A DNA stretch of 64,000 bases from Fibrobacteria bacterium (GCA_043745805.1 JAYTSD010000031.1:32001-96000), one strand, 5' to 3'. Positions 50,777 through 59,696 are shown, counted from the stretch's first letter. Made by a program: numbers and translations. Notes: a model not told the origin generated them from the sequence alone.

Positions 50777-51151
50777 ATGAGTTCAAAAATTACAAGATCC
50801 TTAGCATGCGATTTAAAGCAGGACGAATTACTCACAAAGGGTGATGAGTTATCGACTATTTGCCAAGAAATTAACGAGTTGGAGTATAAAAAATCCGCTC
50901 AAGCCAAAAGATTAAAAGAAGAGATTGATGTACTCGAGGAAAAGAGATACAAGCTTGCTGGTATTGTTAAATCTCGTCAGGAATATCGCGATGTAGAGTG
51001 CCAAGAAAAGTTTGATTATGTTCGCCGTGAAGTTGTAACCATACGATTAGACACCGGTGAAATTGTTGCAAGCCGCGCTATGGACTTACACGAATATCAA
51101 ATTGAAATGGATTTGCATGAAAATCCTGCTGAAAGCCTTGCAAACGGATAA
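50777..51151 (+). CDS. Phage hypothetical coiled-coil protein
   Basis: GGAGA RBS; coiled coil plus C-terminal RLDTGEIV..R.M motif. Confidence 0.7.
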   Translation: MSSKITRSLACDLKQDELLTKGDELSTICQEINELEYKKSAQAKRLKEEIDVLEEKRYKLAGIVKSRQEYRDVECQEKFDYVRREVVTIRLDTGEIVASRAMDLHEYQIEMDLHENPAESLANG

Positions 51152-51231
51152 AAAAAATTTGCCTATTTGGTAACCTCAAAGTTACCAATCTTTTAAAAAC
51201 ATTCAAACATAGAGTAATAAAACAGGAAAAA

Positions 51232-52092
51232 ATGGCAAAGAGATTTACTGATTCTGAGAAATGGAAAAAGCCATGGTTCAGGAAACTAAAACCCTTATAT
51301 AAGGCGTTCTGGGAATACTTGCGTGATAACTGTGATCATGCTGGTATTTGGCAAGTTGATTTTGAGCTGGCCGCCTATTGCATAGGTGAGGATGTTGACC
51401 AAGCCGAAGCGATGCAATTGTTTGAAAAACAATTCATTCCATTTGCTGGCGGCAAGCGTTGGTTAATAATCGATTTCGTTGAATATCAGTACGGCGGATT
51501 AGTTGCAAATAATAATGCCCACATTTCGGTAATAAATATTTTGAAAAAGAATGGTGTTTGGGAATTATTTGTTGATAGAAATAAAAATCAACCAGAAAAT
51601 CCAGCCCCTTGTGAGGGGCTGGCCAGCCCCTCACAAGGGTACCAAGATAAGGATAAGGATAAGGTTAAAGATCAAGATAAGGATCAAGACAATAACGCGT
51701 TGATGAAAAAAGAATTTTGTTTGGCTCTTGAATCCTATTCCGGAGAACGTCGCGACCCCGAAACGGAATGGACCGCTTTCCAAAAAAAATTCGGAAATGA
51801 AATCGAATCGATTATTCCCGCGCTAATCGGTGGAATCGAAAAAATGAAGGCACAAAAAACAATCCATTCGAACCAAACTGGAAAGCCGCCGATTTGGATG
51901 AAGTTTGAAAACTGGCTTGATGGCCGATACTGGACAACTGTTTATCCCGTCGCTACGACCGCAAAAACAGACTCAAAACCGTCTAACTGGTTTAGGCCAG
52001 TACCAGAGTTACCCCTTGATCAAAAAATGGATTCAGGGGAGGTTATGGAGCTTCTTACAAGCAGCTTGAAAAATGGCGGGATCGAAATATGA
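51232..52092 (+). CDS. Phage replication initiator-like protein
   Basis: MAKRFTDSEKWKKPWFRKL...CDHAGIW N-terminal domain, DKDKDK linker, C-terminal ENWLDGRYW; internal palindromic repeats. Confidence 0.7.
   Translation: MAKRFTDSEKWKKPWFRKLKPLYKAFWEYLRDNCDHAGIWQVDFELAAYCIGEDVDQAEAMQLFEKQFIPFAGGKRWLIIDFVEYQYGGLVANNNAHISVINILKKNGVWELFVDRNKNQPENPAPCEGLASPSQGYQDKDKDKVKDQDKDQDNNALMKKEFCLALESYSGERRDPETEWTAFQKKFGNEIESIIPALIGGIEKMKAQKTIHSNQTGKPPIWMKFENWLDGRYWTTVYPVATTAKTDSKPSNWFRPVPELPLDQKMDSGEVMELLTSSLKNGGIEI
51606..51639. repeat. Perfect 34-bp palindrome (candidate phage ori iterons)
   Basis: CCCTTGTGAGGGGCTGG|CCAGCCCCTCACAAGGG. Confidence 0.85.
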
Positions 52093-52373
52093 ACGATAGG
52101 CCGTTGATAAAGTACAAGATGCGCGTGACGGTAGTGAACCCAATCTTTTGGAGATACAAGGGAACAGAAATTCATTTGCCGATCGGAATAGGTGCAACGA
52201 TAGTCATGCGGTTTTGTAAGCAACGCGGAATAGGTTTGGACGTTGACGGCATGCGCCACCCAGACGAAGGTAGCTTTCCGATGAGCGAAACATTTGTTGA
52301 CCGGCCATTGCCTGCGCGTCTCGAACTCGAATCTATGGAAAAATATTGGAGGCGTAGTGAAAAAAGCAACTAA
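52089..52373 (+). CDS. Phage hypothetical protein
   Basis: ATGA overlap with the initiator stop. Confidence 0.6.
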   Translation: MNDRPLIKYKMRVTVVNPIFWRYKGTEIHLPIGIGATIVMRFCKQRGIGLDVDGMRHPDEGSFPMSETFVDRPLPARLELESMEKYWRRSEKSN

Positions 52374-52479
52374 GGCACTGCCATTTATAAAATGGGTAGG
52401 TGGTAAAACACGGATGTTACCCGATCAGGTTCGGTTAATTCATCGACCGATAAGCGTGGGCGCGTCGGCGAAATCATAG
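52357..52479 (+). pseudogene. Truncated Dam-family DNA adenine methyltransferase (N-terminus only)
   Basis: GGAGG RBS, GTG start, PFIKWVGGKTRML matches the Dam-family N-terminal motif; stop after 40 codons. Confidence 0.65.
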
Positions 52480-52503
52480 TCACAAATTATTAGGACTAAA
52501 AAA

Positions 52504-52926
52504 ATGCCTATAAGTAAAGAAATGAAAAAACTTTATCCACCTAATTGGAAAGAAATAGTTTCCGAGGTGCGTGAACGTGACGGTAACAAATGTGTGTTTT
52601 GTGGATTGGCAAATGGACTATGGGGATTAAGAGATTTAACGGGAAAATTTTGGGAGTACGAAGAATTTTGTAACGGAGATGTGCCGGATGATATTGAATT
52701 TGAAAAAGAAGGAGATGAGTTAAATACAGCTTTTAAAATCGTGCTTACAACAATGTATTTAGATCATGATCCGACAAATAACGGTGCCCCAAGTAACAGG
52801 CCGAACTTAAAAAGCGCATGCCAAAAATGCCATTTAGATTATGACAGGCCAATACATTTAGAACATGCGCGCATTACACGAGAAAAGAAAAAAGGCCAAA
52901 CAAATTTATTAGAAAGCGGTGTTTAG
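52504..52926 (+). CDS. HNH-like phage protein
   Basis: YPPNW, ERDGNKCVFCG, VLTTMYLDHDPTNN, NLKSACQKCHLDYD. Confidence 0.75.
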   Translation: MPISKEMKKLYPPNWKEIVSEVRERDGNKCVFCGLANGLWGLRDLTGKFWEYEEFCNGDVPDDIEFEKEGDELNTAFKIVLTTMYLDHDPTNNGAPSNRPNLKSACQKCHLDYDRPIHLEHARITREKKKGQTNLLESGV

Positions 52927-53001
52927 ATGGCGAGTCAATTGATATGGGAAACACTAAAGGAATGGTTTAAGGGACTGTTTCGGAGCAGGGTGGATAATTG
53001 A
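52927..53001 (+). CDS. Small amphipathic peptide (24 aa)
   Basis: MASQLIWETLKEWFKGLFRSRVDN fills the gap exactly between two ORFs. Confidence 0.4.
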   Translation: MASQLIWETLKEWFKGLFRSRVDN

Positions 53002-53234
53002 ATAAAATAAAGGTAGGGGATTGGGCTTACTGTGAAGAGGATGACGTCTTCTTCAAGGTTTGGGGTTTGGCAATAGGTTACTTCAAAGATAAAAATGGAA
53101 AGATTCACTTTAAAAATAAATGCGTCCCAGCTGTTCCGAAGTTTTCAAAAGGAATGAATTTTCAGGTAACATTTTCGTTATCGTCAAAATTAGATGGATT
53201 AAAATTTTTTAAAGAGATGGCACAAAATGGATAA
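52998..53234 (+). CDS. Phage hypothetical protein
   Basis: TTG start overlapping the upstream stop; 78 aa. Confidence 0.55.
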   Translation: MNKIKVGDWAYCEEDDVFFKVWGLAIGYFKDKNGKIHFKNKCVPAVPKFSKGMNFQVTFSLSSKLDGLKFFKEMAQNG

Positions 53235-53403
53235 AGAATTAACTCTCGAATCTCGCCTAACCTTCGGTAAATACCAAGGAACAAAACTAATCGCGATCAT
53301 AATGAATGATCCAAGTTACGTCACTTGGCTGTTAGAAAACACAAATACCCAACTAGATAATATTGCATTCGATAAGTACCAGAAAATTATAGGAGATAAG
53401 TAA
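53227..53403 (+). CDS. Small FGKY-motif protein (DUF3820/ExoX C-terminal-like), 58 aa
   Basis: LTFGKYQGTKL....NDPSYVTWL; below the ORF-track length cut-off. Confidence 0.65.
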   Translation: MDKELTLESRLTFGKYQGTKLIAIIMNDPSYVTWLLENTNTQLDNIAFDKYQKIIGDK

Positions 53404-53404
53404 A

Positions 53405-53818
53405 ATGCAAATCACAGTAATACGCACGCGTTACACAGAAAAAAGCACAAGTGGGATTATGCTTGTGAATGATATTTATTTTGGCTTCACTCTTGAAGAC
53501 AGGTTAAGAAACGGCCCAAAGATTCCGAATGAAACTTGCATTGCGGCTGGTGAATACGATTTAATTGTCTCACATTCGACGCGATTCAACAGGGATTTGC
53601 CAGAAATTTTAAAAGTCGCAAACTTTACAGGTGTCCGCATTCATGGCGGTAATACCGACAAAGACACCGAAGGTTGCATTCTCGTGGCCGCAAATAGAAT
53701 CAACGATGATTTGATTCAGGGAAGTAAATCCGAGGCGCTTGTGACACTGCTTAAGGATAAAAACGAGCCTCACAAAATCTGTATTGTAAACGCGTGGCTG
53801 AGTAACATGAAAGGTTAA
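53405..53818 (+). CDS. DUF5675-like protein (putative endolysin, L,D-transpeptidase-like His/Cys motif)
   Basis: FTLED, TCIAAGEY, GVRIHGGNTDKDTEGCILV; GGAG RBS. Confidence 0.7.
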   Translation: MQITVIRTRYTEKSTSGIMLVNDIYFGFTLEDRLRNGPKIPNETCIAAGEYDLIVSHSTRFNRDLPEILKVANFTGVRIHGGNTDKDTEGCILVAANRINDDLIQGSKSEALVTLLKDKNEPHKICIVNAWLSNMKG

Positions 53819-53821
53819 GAA

Positions 53822-54067
53822 ATGATAAACAAAAATTGGAAATTAAAAGATTTAAGAATCGATCTCCGAACTTATGGACCAGACGAGGGTAAATATTTAG
53901 GAAGAATCGTTTTTACTAATGGAGAAACCGAAGAATTTACCTTTGGTCTCAAACCTGAACAAACCCAAGCCTACATCGATTTAATCGCCAAGGAATTAGT
54001 TGTATCTCTTGGCTTACTTCCGAAGCAAAATATTTTAATAGAAACGAAAAGCGATGATCCTTTCTAA
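53822..54067 (+). CDS. Phage hypothetical protein
   Basis: 81-aa ORF in a tightly packed operon. Confidence 0.6.
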   Translation: MINKNWKLKDLRIDLRTYGPDEGKYLGRIVFTNGETEEFTFGLKPEQTQAYIDLIAKELVVSLGLLPKQNILIETKSDDPF

Positions 54068-54698
54068 ACCAATCAACGATCCCCTTGCAGTCCGATCCCT
54101 GCGCCTTGTCGAAAGAAAGCTTGAGGGAATTTATTCTGAAGAATCGCGATTCATTATTAAGAGCGTAAAGAAACTTGCCGACAAGGCCCAAGTATCAGCC
54201 CAAATAAACAACCGCAAGCGCATGGTTCGCAAAGCTTTGAAAGTTGAGGGTCTAATCCCTTTCGCAGATTGGTACAAGGAAGCGGATCGGGTATTTGCGC
54301 TATACATTCGCTGGCGTGATACCGGCAAGCCATTGCCATTTGATAGCGGTTACGGCCAGTGCATAACTTGCGATAAATACTTACCATATCACCAATTGGA
54401 AAACGGCCACTTCATCCGCCGCCGCCATTGGGGGACTCGTTACGACGAAAAGAATTGTCACGCCCAATGTGCCCATTGCAATAACCAGCTTGGCGGCAAT
54501 GAAATTATTTACAAGGAAAAGGTGATAGCCAAGTACGGCCAAAGCGCTTGCGACATTCTCTACTATGCGAAGAAATTCAAATCTAAGAAGCCAACGGATT
54601 ACTTTTTCCAAATCATAATTTTCAAGTACCAGCCTTATCTCCCAATTGATTTAAAGTCACACCAAAAATTTTTCGAAAGAATAGGTAATAAGTGCTAA
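54054..54698 (+). CDS. NinG/Rap-like recombination endonuclease
   Basis: FALYIRWRD, CITC, GHFIRR, RYDEKNCHAQCAHCN. Confidence 0.8.
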   Translation: MILSKPINDPLAVRSLRLVERKLEGIYSEESRFIIKSVKKLADKAQVSAQINNRKRMVRKALKVEGLIPFADWYKEADRVFALYIRWRDTGKPLPFDSGYGQCITCDKYLPYHQLENGHFIRRRHWGTRYDEKNCHAQCAHCNNQLGGNEIIYKEKVIAKYGQSACDILYYAKKFKSKKPTDYFFQIIIFKYQPYLPIDLKSHQKFFERIGNKC

Positions 54699-55510
54699 AC
54701 TTTTTTTCTACTCAAGAATTTATTAAAATGAATCTTGAATACAATTCAAATACCCCATTCCCTAACATTGTTATAGATAGGGTATTTGACCATTTTTTTC
54801 TTTCCGATTTGAAAAATTCATTTCCTAAAGAAAATCACCACTCTTGGAAAAATTATACCCAATCAGATCAAGTTAAATTTTTTATAAACAGTGACGAGCA
54901 TCTTCCAGAGGATTTTCGCAACCTATTATTCATGTTCAACTCTTCCACGATGATAAATTTTCTTGAGAAGGTGACCGGCATAAAAGGTCTTATTCCAGAT
55001 CCTCACTTTGATGCGGCTGGCCCACATCTTATAAAAAACGGAGGCCACTTAAACCTTCATACCGATTATAATTTCAATAAAAAACTTAACCTCGATAGAA
55101 GATTAAACGCCATCCTCTATTTAAATGACGATTACCAAGAGGATTTTAACGGTCACTTAGAGCTATGGGATTATAAAAACGAATACGGAATAATAAAACC
55201 AAAATCATTGGTGAAAAAAATATCCCCAATTTATGGACGATTGGTAATATTCAACACAACGGATTTTACATTTCACGGCCATCCCGATCCATTCCAAGGT
55301 AAATATCGAAAATCAATCGCTATGTATTATTTCACCAATGGAAGGCCAAAGGGTGAAACATGGGTACCAAGAGGCGGCCAACATACGTTATTCGAGCCAA
55401 GACCAAACTCAAAAGATGAAAGATCCAATAAGATTATAAAGTGGATTCTGAGGCATCCATTTATTTATAAACTAATAAGGAGTTTTAAAAAAAGAGATGA
55501 ACGAAATTGA
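54692..55510 (+). CDS. 2OG-Fe(II) oxygenase (prolyl-hydroxylase-like)
   Basis: PFPNIVID, GLIPDP, LHTD (HxD), ILYLN, GHLELW, FHGHP, RKS (RxS). Confidence 0.85.
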   Translation: MLNFFSTQEFIKMNLEYNSNTPFPNIVIDRVFDHFFLSDLKNSFPKENHHSWKNYTQSDQVKFFINSDEHLPEDFRNLLFMFNSSTMINFLEKVTGIKGLIPDPHFDAAGPHLIKNGGHLNLHTDYNFNKKLNLDRRLNAILYLNDDYQEDFNGHLELWDYKNEYGIIKPKSLVKKISPIYGRLVIFNTTDFTFHGHPDPFQGKYRKSIAMYYFTNGRPKGETWVPRGGQHTLFEPRPNSKDERSNKIIKWILRHPFIYKLIRSFKKRDERN

Positions 55511-55667
55511 CGTTATAGAAATACCCGAACATCAATTGAACTGTGATCACGATTTTAAATGGAAGTCGGCTTTTGATCCGATGGTTTGCATTAAGTGTGA
55601 TTTGCGATTAGATCAGCATACGGCAAATATTTTAAAATATGGGGAAAGAGCTTTTAAACGTGAATAA
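55497..55667 (+). CDS. Small Zn-finger-like protein (56 aa)
   Basis: AAGGAG upstream; CDHDF...VCIKC. Confidence 0.55.
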   Translation: MNEIDVIEIPEHQLNCDHDFKWKSAFDPMVCIKCDLRLDQHTANILKYGERAFKRE

Positions 55668-55695
55668 AATTTCCCGTCGATAAAACGGGAAATTT
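55667..55695. terminator. Bidirectional terminator between convergent phage modules
   Basis: AAATTTCCCGT-CGATAAA-ACGGGAAATTT, perfect 11-bp stem. Confidence 0.7.
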
Positions 55696-55702
55696 AGATT
55701 GA

Positions 55703-55861
55703 TCACTCTCCTTTCTTTCTTTCGTCGGATTGTGCGTGCCCTAAAGCACCTGTTATAATTCCGGCACCAATTGGTATCAATGCACCAGAAGCGGGCGTAA
55801 AAGCCCCGCCAATGGCCACAGCGGAACCGATAAGCATTGCGGCTATATGTTTCCAAGTCAT
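55703..55861 (-). CDS. Small membrane protein (52 aa), holin-like
   Basis: MTWKHIAAMLIGSAVAIGGAFTPASGALIPIGAGIITGALGHAQSDERKKGE: two hydrophobic segments, charged tail, GGAGAAAGGG RBS; not in the ORF track. Confidence 0.55.
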   Translation of the reverse strand: MTWKHIAAMLIGSAVAIGGAFTPASGALIPIGAGIITGALGHAQSDERKKGE

Positions 55862-55900
55862 AATTTCCCTTTCTCCCGTTTTTATAGTGTACAGGTCACT

Positions 55901-56287
55901 TTATTGAATAACTCTTTTTCGGGTAACATTTATGCTACTGGCTGTTGTTCCTGTGGATTTAATCCCTTTAAATAATGGAGCGTCGTGCCATCCTCCTGCT
56001 GCAACGGATGGCATTAACCATGTGGTACCATTATCCAAAAGTAAAACAACATCACCCGAAACACCGACCATTATTTTATCTGGCATAGAAAGATCCGCTA
56101 ATAAAGCATTGATGTCATTCGCATCGGATTTTGTTACCAGTTTCGGAACAAGTAATTTTACCATTTCATCTTCCTCAAAATAATTAAAGAAAAAACTAAA
56201 TATCGCGGTGATAACGGAGTCCAAGCCGTTTTTGGGAAAGAATCTCGGAGCATAATACCGCGTTGGGAAATATCGGTTACAAAACAT
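55901..56287 (-). CDS. Phage virion-associated hypothetical protein
   Basis: RYF/RYY/RFF repeat N-terminus, small beta-rich C-terminal part; possible internal start at 56164. Confidence 0.6.
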   Translation of the reverse strand: MFCNRYFPTRYYAPRFFPKNGLDSVITAIFSFFFNYFEEDEMVKLLVPKLVTKSDANDINALLADLSMPDKIMVGVSGDVVLLLDNGTTWLMPSVAAGGWHDAPLFKGIKSTGTTASSINVTRKRVIQ

Positions 56288-56290
56288 TGG

Positions 56291-57487
56291 CTAAGTCTCA
56301 TCTAGGGTTATGGCCGATCTGTTACCATTTGAATCAACGGTGGCTGTAATACGTGTTTTTGTGTTATCAATATCTTTTATGACAACTGTTGTAGTTGCTG
56401 CGCCAGATAATACACTTGCTAATGCGGATGCAAATAATCGCATATAACCAACGGCTGTATGGGCACCCTCGATTACATAAGCCCAAATAGCGGTTATTCC
56501 AGAGGCAGAAAGAGCATATCCAGTTTTATCATTATTCGTCGTTAAATTTGTGGCCGTGGTTACAAGCGGGATTGTGATATTTGTTAAAGTAGTTGCGCCC
56601 GTAGCGTTTTTAACATTATTGAAGTCTAAACCACCTTCACCTGTAGCCGAGACATCGAAAGTGTTAGCTGGGGTAGTGGATCGGACTAATTTAGCATTAC
56701 CGAAACTAGCATCATTCACAATTGTATAAGAATCACCCGTTTGAGTCGTTCCTATGACCCAATCAGCCAATTTTTTACCAATGCTTCCAGCGGTTGTCAG
56801 GTTTGCCGTCAACGCATCCCAAATAGCTTGTATCGCGGCGGCACTCAAGCCGTGGCCGGTTTTATCCGCAACGGTTACAGCATTAACCCCTAATTGCGCG
56901 AGAGAGGTGTTAACAACGGCGTTCGCAATATTTTTTATATTAACATCCAATATGCCGGCTGTTGCAGGTGTCGAAATTGCCGTTCCCAGTATTTTGCTTA
57001 TATCCCTACGTCCACTCGCATCAATCGAATCCAAATTCCAATTTGTGGGTGGAGCAATACCATTAACTCCGGTCATAAATGTAGCCGCCGATTGCACGTC
57101 CACGCGCGTCAATTCGATCTCGTAATCTTGGGTGAGCAAATTTGTTACACCGGATACGGTTACCACCAAAACCTTTGAGCTTGCCACGGAAAAACGCGCG
57201 TCTGCAAACTGAAATTCGTAGAGGCCCGGGTGGTTTGTACTATCCACTTCTTTAAAGCGGCACTTGGTGGCCGTAGGAGCGGCAAATGTTCCGAGCGTAG
57301 TAATGGTTTCAATAGTTGAACCTGCGGCCGCGTACACCGTAGGCGTCACCTCATTATCAGCAATTGTTGAAATAATTAAGCCAGTACTGTTAAAAGCTCC
57401 ACCCGTAACCCCTTGGCCGGTCGTGGAGTTCTTCAGCGCAAATCTGATGACGTTGCTTGTATTCGCAAATTTTATCAACTTTGACAT
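56291..57487 (-). CDS. Phage structural (tail/fibre-like) protein
   Basis: Thr/Ala/Gly-rich; internal repeat DKTGHGLSAAAIQAIW / DKTGYALSASGITAIW (56819-56866, 56483-56530); ends RITATVDSNGNRSAITLD. Confidence 0.65.
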   Translation of the reverse strand: MSKLIKFANTSNVIRFALKNSTTGQGVTGGAFNSTGLIISTIADNEVTPTVYAAAGSTIETITTLGTFAAPTATKCRFKEVDSTNHPGLYEFQFADARFSVASSKVLVVTVSGVTNLLTQDYEIELTRVDVQSAATFMTGVNGIAPPTNWNLDSIDASGRRDISKILGTAISTPATAGILDVNIKNIANAVVNTSLAQLGVNAVTVADKTGHGLSAAAIQAIWDALTANLTTAGSIGKKLADWVIGTTQTGDSYTIVNDASFGNAKLVRSTTPANTFDVSATGEGGLDFNNVKNATGATTLTNITIPLVTTATNLTTNNDKTGYALSASGITAIWAYVIEGAHTAVGYMRLFASALASVLSGAATTTVVIKDIDNTKTRITATVDSNGNRSAITLDET

Positions 57488-58593
57488 TAGTTACACATCC
57501 CCCCGCGCATGTTACCCAATGCAAAAGCACCAGATGGCGCTGTTATATCACCAAAAATTATTTCTAAAGGCACGCGTCTTGTTGCATCATCGGTCCACGC
57601 ACCAGCATCGGTGCGAGTGGACAGTGTGCAAAGTTCCATACCATCGAGAGCCAACTCTTCGCTCGACGAATTAAAATCCATTGTTAATACGGCCCAGTTG
57701 GACACCGTATTCTGTGCCTGAAACCCGATCCGGAAATCCCCGCCAGCACTTAAAATAGATAGCGTGGCTTCGGTGAAAAAAATCTCAAAACTTCTGTGCA
57801 GCGAGCTTACTTGTGTATTTAGGTCAGAGGGCAGGGTAATCGTTTGTAAAACAGTGGTTCCGGTATAAAGCTGAACTTTGATGGTTTTACCAGAGGCAGC
57901 AGTTCTGCCAAACCACCTAACCCCACGAATCGTATTCGAATTCCACCACGTAGCAGGGAAATTAAATTTCGCGGCATACTCATCAGGGGTTGAGTCCGAG
58001 CTATACTGAGTCTGAGTAGTAGATTTTAAAGGGAATCCGTAAACTTGACCGGCACTAGCATAACCGTAAACCGGAGAATTTTCAATTTTTGTTCTTACAC
58101 CTGCATTGTTTTGGATAACATACGGAATGGTAACGCGTTGATTTAGTTGAGATATATCCGTTGCAAAAGTTGAAGAGTTTCCGGCAGCAATCGTTCCCGA
58201 GCTATAATCAATTACAATTGATAATAGCTCTCCACGAGTACAGGTATACGCATTGGCAAGGGTTATCCATTGCCAAGTCCCATCCCACGATGTATCGGCG
58301 GGCGGCGTAAAGGTTTGTGATGCTGGTGTACCACCACCCTTTACAGTTCCATCCGAAAACCCATTTCCTACGCCGACATCTACCCCTTGAAAACTGATTC
58401 TGTATGTTGGAGGCGTTCCGGCTCGGACGCCATACGTAAAACCGAGTTTTGTAATTGTGGCGGCCTCTTTGGCTTGGATTATCCATTCAATTTTATCGGT
58501 CGTGGCATCTAAAATAAAAGTGCTAAGAGCGGCGTTATTTGTAACCGACGCAGGAAATCCGAGATTAAGTCTGAGCGACTTTGCATCAGACAT
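57487..58593 (-). CDS. Phage structural beta-rich protein
   Basis: Thr/Ser/Gly-rich beta-sandwich-like sequence in the virion gene cluster. Confidence 0.6.
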   Translation of the reverse strand: MSDAKSLRLNLGFPASVTNNAALSTFILDATTDKIEWIIQAKEAATITKLGFTYGVRAGTPPTYRISFQGVDVGVGNGFSDGTVKGGGTPASQTFTPPADTSWDGTWQWITLANAYTCTRGELLSIVIDYSSGTIAAGNSSTFATDISQLNQRVTIPYVIQNNAGVRTKIENSPVYGYASAGQVYGFPLKSTTQTQYSSDSTPDEYAAKFNFPATWWNSNTIRGVRWFGRTAASGKTIKVQLYTGTTVLQTITLPSDLNTQVSSLHRSFEIFFTEATLSILSAGGDFRIGFQAQNTVSNWAVLTMDFNSSSEELALDGMELCTLSTRTDAGAWTDDATRRVPLEIIFGDITAPSGAFALGNMRGGMCN

Positions 58594-58879
58594 TTTTCAA
58601 CCCATCCAACAGTGGCGCTTCAAGAGCCGCCGCTTTAATAGAATTTTGAAATACATCGATCTGCTTCACTTCGTCTTTGGCAAATGTTTTTAATGTCGCG
58701 TCTAAGTTGAACGCATTGGCTAAAAGGATTTTTTTGGCTAATTCTTGATCTTCGTCTAAGCTTTTTTTAATGTCGGAAATTTCCGACAGCGTCAGGATCA
58801 TACCCTGTTTATTGCTAAACAGAACATGGTATAAATCACCCTTCATCGGTTGAATATCACTAATAGCCAAGGAAAACAT
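58586..58879 (-). CDS. Phage hypothetical protein
   Basis: Translationally coupled ORF. Confidence 0.6.
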   Translation of the reverse strand: MFSLAISDIQPMKGDLYHVLFSNKQGMILTLSEISDIKKSLDEDQELAKKILLANAFNLDATLKTFAKDEVKQIDVFQNSIKAAALEAPLLDGLKNV

Positions 58880-59190
58880 TATTTTTTTTCCTTGATTAAA
58901 TATTTTTTTACATCCTCAAATATTACCTTATGGTAACCATCTATCTCTAAATGATAGCGCCAATGGCTGTGTATTAAATGCCAATCAAAACGCATTCCAT
59001 CGAGTTCTTTTTTTGCCTTTGTTGGGCTAATGTCCGTAATGTATAAGCATCCGGATTTTAATTTTTCTATCTCGAAAGTAGGTTTGTATTTTGTCCCACC
59101 TTCTTCGATTTTCCCGAAACCATAATCGAGAAAAACCTCTACAAAAGCACCGCTAGGCCGGCCATTTATCAACCTTCTTAGGATATTCAA
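58879..59190 (-). CDS. Phage hypothetical protein
   Basis: Translationally coupled ORF. Confidence 0.55.
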   Translation of the reverse strand: MNILRRLINGRPSGAFVEVFLDYGFGKIEEGGTKYKPTFEIEKLKSGCLYITDISPTKAKKELDGMRFDWHLIHSHWRYHLEIDGYHKVIFEDVKKYLIKEKK

Positions 59191-59696
59191 TTTATACCAC
59201 CAGGGTTATAAATCGTCCGCATTTGGAGGCTTCTAATAAAAGCTGTATCGCCTGCATTGGTTCCCGCTGCTGATTTAATAATCAGCCTCAAAGAGTCGCA
59301 ATTCATGGCCCGCCCTTGATAGATTCCTGGCAAGGTGTCCCTTAAGGTAGTAGCAGATTTAGTAATCAAAAAATCAGTAGTCCTTTGATACTGACCCGTA
59401 TCAGCCCATGCGTTTATTCGCTTGTCATAGCACAAAAACCTTACAGAGAATTGGCCGGAATCATCGCCATTACTACCATGGGTCCAAGACATAATAAACT
59501 CACTGTTACCCTGTCCAAAAGGGAAGGCTTTAGAGGTGTCAGCCGTACCGACGGATTTATAAGTGGGCACAGCGTAACCCGTAGTGTCAACATATATTGT
59601 AGCGCCTTTAAGCCCCCACTTAAGCTTGCCGTAACTATTCCTTATCTGTGCTTGGCCGCATACTGCCAGCGTTAAGATTAAAATTAAAAATTTCAT
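59187..59696 (-). CDS. Phage-encoded exported protein
   Basis: Signal peptide MKFLILILTLAVCGQA. Confidence 0.6.
   Translation of the reverse strand: MKFLILILTLAVCGQAQIRNSYGKLKWGLKGATIYVDTTGYAVPTYKSVGTADTSKAFPFGQGNSEFIMSWTHGSNGDDSGQFSVRFLCYDKRINAWADTGQYQRTTDFLITKSATTLRDTLPGIYQGRAMNCDSLRLIIKSAAGTNAGDTAFIRSLQMRTIYNPGGIN

Noticed and set aside
51645..51690. GATAAG tandem repeats as a CRISPR array or VNTR
   Set aside because: In-frame 6-nt units encoding a DK linker; no spacers and no cas genes
50733..52437. ATCAGG(T)TCGGTTA occurring twice in the phage early region, once at the dam breakpoint
   Set aside because: A 13-nt gapped match is too short to distinguish from chance
55632..55856. 74-aa minus-strand ORF from the track
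   Set aside because: Runs through the terminator; another frame (55703-55861) has an RBS and a coherent membrane peptide
56483..56866. Repeated segment in the tail-like gene as a DGR template/variable repeat pair
   Set aside because: Only 48 nt, differences are not adenine-specific, and there is no reverse transcriptase in the window
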